A DNA stretch of 29,278 bases from Bugula neritina. Lineage: Eukaryota > Animalia > Bryozoa. Location of the stretch: positions 1-29,278 of the forward strand of contig CAXIUT010000195.1 of assembly GCA_964035545.1 (NCBI GenBank), given 5' to 3'. Below, piece after piece: positions 22,200 to 29,278 of this stretch. Every line of letters begins with the position of its first letter. Within the stretch, counting starts at the first letter, position 1. The notes under the pieces were generated by a model. It did not search any database. It saw only the letters and a program-made list of their open reading frames with translations, and had not been told where the DNA came from. The translations under genes were made by a program, and so were the position numbers.

Positions 22200-23980
22200 T
22201 CATTAGTCAGTAATTGGATCTGTGATGAAGGGATGGTTGAGTGCTTCTTTTGCTGAAAATCTAACGCTTGGATCTATTTTGAGACATTTGCTGAGGAAGT
22301 CAAGGAAGTTTTTGTTGTTTGATTGAATTCTGCTTTTGAGGTTGGTCAATTTAGGTAGATATACTCGTTGATGTCCTGTTTTTCTTTTCTTTTTATTGGG
22401 TTATTCACCTATTTCTTAGTATATTTCTTATAAAAGTATTAATTATTTAGTAAAATATTTTTGCACCTCTTTACCGCTTTGAATCATCCATGAAGGCCAT
22501 GGTCCTCTCAATCCTTGTATCTTAGCCAAAATCCCAATCGCATTATCACTTTAAAAAAGCACTTGTCTTGAATATAATTAGGCAATAATGCATCCTAAGC
22601 TCCAAATATCAATTTTTTAAGTATAATCACATCCGAGTATGATCTCAGGTGCTCTGTAGCTTCTAGTTTGTACGTAGAATTGAAGATCATCATGGAAGAA
22701 AACGGAAGATCCGATATCTATGACTTTGATTTGGACATTTGAATATGATTTTATAAGAATATTTTATGGTTTAAGATCGTTATGGATAATATGCAGTCTA
22801 TGCATCGTGGATAGGGCTGTTAGTATTTGTTTTGTAATGCTTTGTAGGTTTTTTAGTGTAAAGTATTATGGTTTTTTTTGATAAACATCGTATAGATTTT
22901 ATTTTAGCAGTTCTGTGACGATCATGAGATGTTCTCTGTGATAGAAGAAATCATGCATGTTGATGATACTTGATTAATCTAGATTGCAGTTGGCTTTTAT
23001 GTATTTTAGCAATTTGATTTAATCTAGGGCTTGATCCATGTAATCTTTATTGTTGTGTATCATTTTGATACAAAATCTTTGTTTTTGGTTGTTGGAGGTG
23101 AGATCTTTGACTTAGATGGCTTTTGAAAATTGCGCTTGACCTAAATTTGATAAAATTTGAAATCTACCAGCCAAAACCTCATTGATAACTATCGGCATTT
23201 ATCTCTATTACTAGAATCCTGTCTTATGTCGATCATAGATCACTTTCAGAGGATATGAGGCCAGTGCTATTCCATTGTCTTAGAGTGGATATCCATCATT
23301 ATTATTATTTTTAGAATCGAAGAGAAGATTGGGTGGCAATTTTGTTTTTATTTTATCGTTGTGGTTATAGGCGATGATATTTTTCATTTGTTACCATATG
23401 TTGTAGAAACTTTAAGGATATGGTACGTTTTTAATAGCGCTGAATAGATGTAAATTAACTTGGTTTCGTAGTGTTTGAGGGATTGTATTTATTTGATGAC
23501 TTTATTGAGTTAATTGGCTTGGAATTATATCATGTCATAGCCGTTATCGTATTACCCTTACCATTAATTTTAATGCAATCTTGATTAATCTAGAAATTGT
23601 GGTGCAGAATTGAAAGTATCAAGTATATTTTATTTATATTGTTAATACAATTTATTTTATTTATTTACTAATTTTTTAAAGAAAGGTAATTATACTAATT
23701 TTTAATACTAGCTTGTAGAATGATGATTATTTGATTTTTTTATTCTCTATACAAACTTTTTTAAATATCTATTGTCTGTTTTCTGAAGATGTTCTCTTAA
23801 TTTATTTTGATTTTATTCATCATTTGGTATTATTGTCTTATTTATTGTTGTTAGAGATTTATGAAAATTACGAATTGGGGCATTAGATGTTCTTCTACTC
23901 TATGACTGGAAGGTTTTCATCGTTTTTAGTAAGTTATTTTTCTATAGAAAGGATTCGATTGAACGAGGGATATCATTCAT
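22200..23980 (-). CDS. DYRK-family kinase of the DYRKP type
   Basis: LisH-like N-terminus, KTGF[TAG TAA TAG]R..VLAGRF, LGQAQFSKA, CIKMI, DQALD[TAA]IKLL, HNDLKP[TAA]NIL, DIGSS, YVQTRSYRAPE and DIWSLGC. One 20-nt intron at 23440-23459. Confidence 0.92.
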
Positions 23981-24049
23981 TTTATTTAAAATTTGAATTT
24001 TATTATTATTATTGCTAATTATAGGAAATGGAATTTACATTTATAGAAA

Positions 24050-27000
24050 TCAGAGGGTCATCATTAGTTCTGGTTGGCCGTAGTGGTTGTATTGGTCGTC
24101 TTTTAGGACTGGTTGGAATGGAACTAAACTGTCTTGACATCCTACGTATATCATATTGTAGATTCTCCAGTACATATGTCTTACTCTTCTTGCTGGGTGC
24201 CATAATCCTTGTAAAGTATACATAAGTACTATACCTCCTCCAACGCTAATCCTTATACTTTCAATAGCTTATAGAACAGAGTTGATCACATGAGGACTGG
24301 TTTCAAAAATATTAGGCCAGATATAGTTCAAAAGATGAATAAGAGCATCTTCACAGCCAAATCCTTGAACTCCAAGAGCAAGATGCTTTATTGCTGCTGC
24401 AGCTGTTTGACGATGAACTAGATCTCTATCAGTTAGTGCATCTTCTAAAAGAGGAGTTACAGCATAGATGTAGTCTTTTGCCATTTAGCCTATGTATTCA
24501 AACATAAAGGCAAAACTTTTTAGAACACCATTTTGAACGTTCAGTTATTGCACTCTGTATTCGTTCATTAGAGCTGGTAGAACTGTAAATGGTCCACAAC
24601 TTTCAGAAACTATAGCTATAGCAACTGTAGTACAAACTCTTAGCTGTCTTTCTTGAACTTTCAAGTTGTTTAGAAGAGTAACCAAAACATCTTGAGGACC
24701 AATTGCTCTTGCAATAAAACCAAATGTAGTTACTGTAGCTCTCCTGATGTTTTTCTTATGGGCTTTGAGCATTTATAATAGATCGAAACATATTCTGATC
24801 CATTCTTTTGGAGAAACTTAGTCAGCTCCTTTATCAGCAATCCGACCGACAAGTTAGATACAGTTTTACTGAACCTTTTAGTTTCTATTTTTGAGGATTG
24901 GAGTGAGTCTAGGCAAAAGATCTTTGATAGGTGGTGTCATTTTAGCCATTCCTACTTCAATAACAATGCTTTTCAATGCTCCTAGAATACTACCAAGGAC
25001 TTCAGGATATTCTTATCTTAGACATTCGTTGAGATTTAAACCTAATCTACCTAATCTCGCTTCTTCTCCACAAATTTTCATGGAATGGGCTATTTTAGTA
25101 ACTAAATCTGCTGCTTGCTGTCTAATTCTGATACTTTTATGATTCAATCTCCAGTGAATAGTTCCAACAATTTGCACAAAGTAAGGTTTAGATCTTAATC
25201 CAAGTGCTGTAACAATGGCTCCAAAACCATTGAGGATAATATTATCATCAGTAGTTTGTTAGTGGAAAGCAGCTAGTACGCAATCCATGAGTTAATTTCT
25301 AAAAGTTTATGTAGCATATCCGATTTAGGATCCATTGGGTGTTTATAATATTTTAGTGATACCTTCCATAACCATTTTTCTATATGATTAATTTTAATCT
25401 TTTAATCCAAGATATATTTTTTATACTATTTCAATAACACCTATCTTAATACCAATTTATACAGTTGTTTATATAAGTTGTTTATAATTTCTTTTCTATG
25501 ATGCCATTCTCTTAACCCAAAAAAACTTGAAAAATGGCTATAAAACATCTTTTCTTATATATTGAGCATCTATTCCATCACAAGCCATCATCTGCTTTAA
25601 TACTTTAAGGATTATCTTTCTCATCTAGTCATCTGGTGTCTCAAATTGTCTTATAAGAGTTGGCATTATTGTCTTTATGTATTGGTTTGCATGACGTGCT
25701 TACATTAATGGAAAAATAAAACCTACTGCTTTTAGGAATGCGCCAAGAGATTTATCTCGGATCTATGTTATTCTTTTCCAAAGTGGCTAAAGAACACAAT
25801 TAAAGGCTTCAATTCCATAAGGTGCGGAGGCTTATGCTAAAGCTGAAATGGCTAAAGCAGTCATTGACTTTACTTTCTTTTGAGCATCATCTAATCCATT
25901 TTTAATACACTAGACTAACTGTTTAAGAAATGGAAGAACTGAACAACCCATGAGGATAGCTATTTGTTGGATAACTTTAATTCCTGTATATCTTGCTTCC
26001 CAACTCTTTTTACTCATACATACAGCTTTCAAAAAAGGCAAAAGAGCACCAATACCTAAAGAACTTGCTACAACTGCTAAAGCTCTTGAAACAGTATTTC
26101 TCACAAATTCATCTTTATGATCGATATCTGGTTTCATAGTGGTTATCATAGTAGGCAATCCTGCTGCTTTGGCTAAGTTGCTGACTATCTATCTTCCTTA
26201 AACTCTTGCATAGTAGTCTTCATCGACCAGCATGGGCAATATGACCAAAAGAATTTTACTGGTATATGGTCTAACAAGAGAATCTAGTTTGTAGAGGATT
26301 CTATCTACTACTTTGACAAGAAGATGTCTTTGTTGTGGATCAGTAGTCGCCATAAGAAGAGGAAGGATATGGTTGAAAAGAGCTCCTGCTCCAAATTAGC
26401 GGGCATTTATGGTGATTTGACGAAGAGCGCTTTTTCTCATTTGAGGATTTCCATCTTTTATTTTTAAAAGCATAGTTAAAATTTTTCTCTATTTCTGTTC
26501 TTCGATTGATAGTTCACTTTCTACTACATTTTATAGCAAAGGTGCAAAGAATTTATACTATTCAGGTTTGATGGGTGGAAGATCTCCTGAAGTAGCTTCA
26601 AGATTTTGTGTGCTGGGAGTTCCAGTTTAAGATGGGTATTTGTATTAATTGGATTGAGGAGCTATGCCAGTTTTGCTTTGATTTTGATAGTTTTCGGGTT
26701 GTTTTAAAATCTAATATCCATCGTCATTTCCTGGAAGAAGCATATCGAGTTCTTAATCAGTGTAAGGTCTATTTCTTTCTTAGAGTTCTTTTTACCATCT
26801 TAGTTGTTGCAATTTTGTACTTGATAAGTTGAGAATATCAGGTGTTTTTAGATTGTTGGGAGTTGGTGTTGCGCCTGAATACCCAGGAGTTGCTCCTCCT
26901 ATCATTGGAGTTTTATCATCCCATCTTCTAGGAGTTTGAGCTTCTCCTTTTCTCATGGGAGTTTAAGAAAATCTTGAAGGAGTTTGATCTGATCTCATTG

Positions 27001-27124
27001 GTGTACGATCAGTCATTCTTCTGGGATCATTGTTAAGATCATGCTTGACCATAGGAGTAGTATCCCACTTTGTGCGTTTAGGCGTACTTTCTGGCTGGGT
27101 ATTGCTCTGACTCTTTTGATCCAT
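24050..27124 (-). CDS. SF3B1: Splicing factor 3B subunit 1 (U2 snRNP, SAP155/Hsh155), 1024 aa
   Basis: RxxWD/TP motifs, the p14-binding region [12 protein letters not shown] and HEAT repeats close to human SF3B1 (DEDYYARV[TAA]GR[TAG][42 protein letters not shown]). Single frame with no intron needed. Confidence 0.98.
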
Positions 27125-27214
27125 ATAGTTAATATTATAAGAGAATGGTTATTTTAAAGAAGAAAAAGGATTAATAATGAATAATTATAAGAATTAATAA
27201 GATGAATGTTGGAA

Positions 27215-28564
27215 TCAAACGTTTTTATCTCTAAGATTTCCAGCCGATCCATGAGGATCATTTGTTTGTGGTTGAGAATCGTTATATAGTCCGAAATCAG
27301 GGCTGACCAACTTGGTAAAGATGTGATCATTTTCAGGATCACGTGAGATCATGACCAAAAGACCTGTTATTACTCCTGTTCCTGCTCCAATCAAAAGAGT
27401 CACTCCGAACATTCCCAAGTAGAAAGTTGATGTTCTTTCATTTTATATTTTCATGGTCAATTCTGCTGGAAGTAAACCTTCACTCTTGTAGGCTCCGAAT
27501 ATTGCTGGTGCTACGATGGCTGATCCAAGGAAAGCGTTGATGAAGATAGGACCGAAAATACCAAGTTGATCATAAGTTTTTGCAGAGTTGATTTTCGGAT
27601 GAATAACTCTAAGCCAGAAACCACTAATAAATCCTGCAACTGCTCCAATAGCAAGACAGGCTCCGATGTTATTGATATAAGCTGCTACTGCTCCAACAAT
27701 GGCTACTCCACCCAAGATGCCGACAAGAGCTTCTCTGACTCCTACTTTGTAGTTTCCAAAGATGGCTGAGCTGCAGTAGGTCATAATAACTGATGATGAG
27801 AGTGTGAAATAGACATTGAGAGGATATTCATATGCTCCAGATGAAGTAGCAAAGTTGAATCCTGTGAATGGAGATGCAGCAAAGGCGATACCGGTTCCAA
27901 TCATGCCAATAAAGGCTGATTGTCTGGATCCGCTTAATGATCCTCTGTTTCCTTCTTTACAGTTGATGAAGATAGATACTAAAATGGCAAAAGTTCCAGC
28001 GAATAAATAAACATAGTTTCCTCCAATTGAATCTCTGACTTCTACTTCGTTAGTCCATTTATCCATTCTGAGGTATTCGATGAAGTGGAAGTTGAGAGGC
28101 CAGGCTACGTTGAAGCAAATGATGAAGATAAAAGTATCAACTAGACCTAATCTACCAGATATGGCACATAAGGCAACTAGCATTGAAACAAGCATGGCCA
28201 TAACTCCAGCTTATAGACCTAGGTTCATCATAAACTTTCCGTCAAAACCTTGGAAGACATATCCCCAAAATACATCGAGGAGTGGTTGCAGTTGCACACT
28301 TAAACCGACAGCTAGTAAGGTAGTTATCAGTCCTGAGATGGCTGAGTTTTCGGAATAGGCAATAATGAGTCCCCAGCCGAGAATGGCAAGGGTGGCCGTT
28401 AGAAGATAGCTAATAATTTGTAGTGATTGGTCATTGGTGGTGGAAAAGTTGTTTTGTATTTCAGAACCAACACCATAGGCAACCATTATTCCTATTTCTA
28501 AGAGAATGAGGAAGACAGCGAATATTTTAACTTTAGTTGTTGAGTTCTCTTGGTGTGCAAGCAT
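27215..28564 (-). CDS. Rh/Amt-family ammonium transporter-like membrane protein (449 aa)
   Basis: Three supplied ORFs in one frame joined by two TAA codons. Multiple TM helices with Rh-like motifs (AISGRLG, DSIGGNY, AFIGMIGT, LGGVAIVGA, IGAVAGFIS, GAGTGVITG). Confidence 0.85.
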
Positions 28565-29180
28565 TAATTGATATATTTAAATTGAATAAAATCAATATAT
28601 ATCATGCCTACTTATTATCGTTACGATTCTTCTGATGTCAAAAAACCTAGAATTTCTTGTATTTTTAATAAAGATACGAATATTGACTTTGTTAGTTGAT
28701 TTTAATTTATTCAGACAGCATAGTTTAAGTCTATTTATGATTGTCCTATTTTTGATATAAATAACCTTCTCTTTATGTTGTTTATAACGCAATAACCTTT
28801 ATTTACTGTTTATAAGGTCATATTAAGTATTTTAGTTTGTAAAATTTTGACTGATTAGATGTATCACTCAAAATAAAATGATCAATTAAATGATAAGAAG
28901 AGAGATAGTTTGAATAATTATCTTATTTTTGACTCTACTATAGTTCTATCTCCTGATTTATCTTTTAAAATTCAAGACATAATATTTTAAACTTGATATA
29001 TGACCAAATATTAGAATATTTAAAGGATAATCAGGTCATTAAAGTTAAAGAAAATATCAAATTAAACTATTTATACTTAACTAAAATCATAAAAACAAAA
29101 GATAAGAAATAACTATTCAATAAATGTCTGATATTTTATATTATTTTATTTATTTTATTGCTATTTATAAAACAAATAAC

Positions 29181-29278
29181 GGGGTTGGGGTTGGGGGTTG
29201 GGGTTGGGGTTGGGGTTGGGGTTGGGGTTGGGGTTGGGGTTGGGGTTGGGGTTGGGGTTGGGTGGGGTTGGGGTTGGG
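29181..29278 (+). repeat. Right telomere, (GGGGTT)n
   Basis: Terminal G4T2 repeat with two variant units (G5T2, G4T1). Confidence 0.98.

Noticed and set aside
238-28564. Standard ciliate code (TAR=Gln, table 6) or the split code UAA=Lys/UAG=Glu
   Set aside because: TAA occupies invariant Glu sites (HPGE, DLKPEN, TCPFE, DxEVGDG, ARVEGR), so it is neither Gln nor Lys.
238-28564. Widespread pseudogenes suggested by many in-frame TAA/TAG
   Set aside because: Catalytic motifs are intact and the frames are continuous under table 30 with 20-nt introns.
834-28792. Many supplied short ORFs (e.g. 834-1019, 2316-2597, 5035-5286, 18198-18512, 19124-19315, 24028-24225, 27566-28358)
   Set aside because: They are off-frame or antisense shadows of the table-30 genes.
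28565-29180. Subtelomeric ORF 28592-28792
   Set aside because: TTG start, upstream in-frame TGA, very AT-rich and no motif, so it is probably non-coding.
29181-29278. Variant telomere units G5T2 and G4T1 as telomerase infidelity
   Set aside because: They cannot be distinguished from homopolymer errors at a low-coverage contig end.
1-29278. CRISPR arrays, transposons, IES remnants, rRNA or tRNA (including suppressor tRNA-Glu)
   Set aside because: No repeat-spacer structure, terminal inverted repeats, transposase motifs or cloverleaf candidates were seen by eye. A tRNAscan-SE or Infernal run on the larger gaps (7481-7820, 9825-10177, 21116-21518, 28565-29180) would be needed to exclude small RNAs.

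Overview
This window is ciliate macronuclear (somatic) DNA with (C4A2)n/(G4T2)n telomeres at both ends and a third, internal G4T2 tract at 9075-9145. The supplied ORF track is fragmented because it uses the standard code. By hand translation, both TAA and TAG sit at invariant Glu positions and only TGA ends genes, which matches the peritrich-type code (NCBI table 30). In that code the window holds about 20 tightly packed protein genes: two cytosolic carboxypeptidases, a RanBD/Nup50-like protein, a Rab, a pyrophosphatase, CCT5, a CFAP107-like protein, a KH-like protein, calcineurin A, a MAP2K-like pseudokinase, a centrin-like protein, a DYRKP kinase, SF3B1, an Rh/Amt protein and several unknowns. 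Many intergenic gaps are only 27-90 bp. The strongest signal is the intron architecture. Twenty frame-restoring introns are exactly 20 nt and all have an A at +15 (-6 from the 3' end), with no other consensus beyond GT(A)..AG. The SF3B1 gene in the same window carries substitutions at positions equivalent to human cancer splicing hotspots (H662Y, G740D, G742S, I704M). All gene models and family calls come from manual translation and motif recognition, without database searches.
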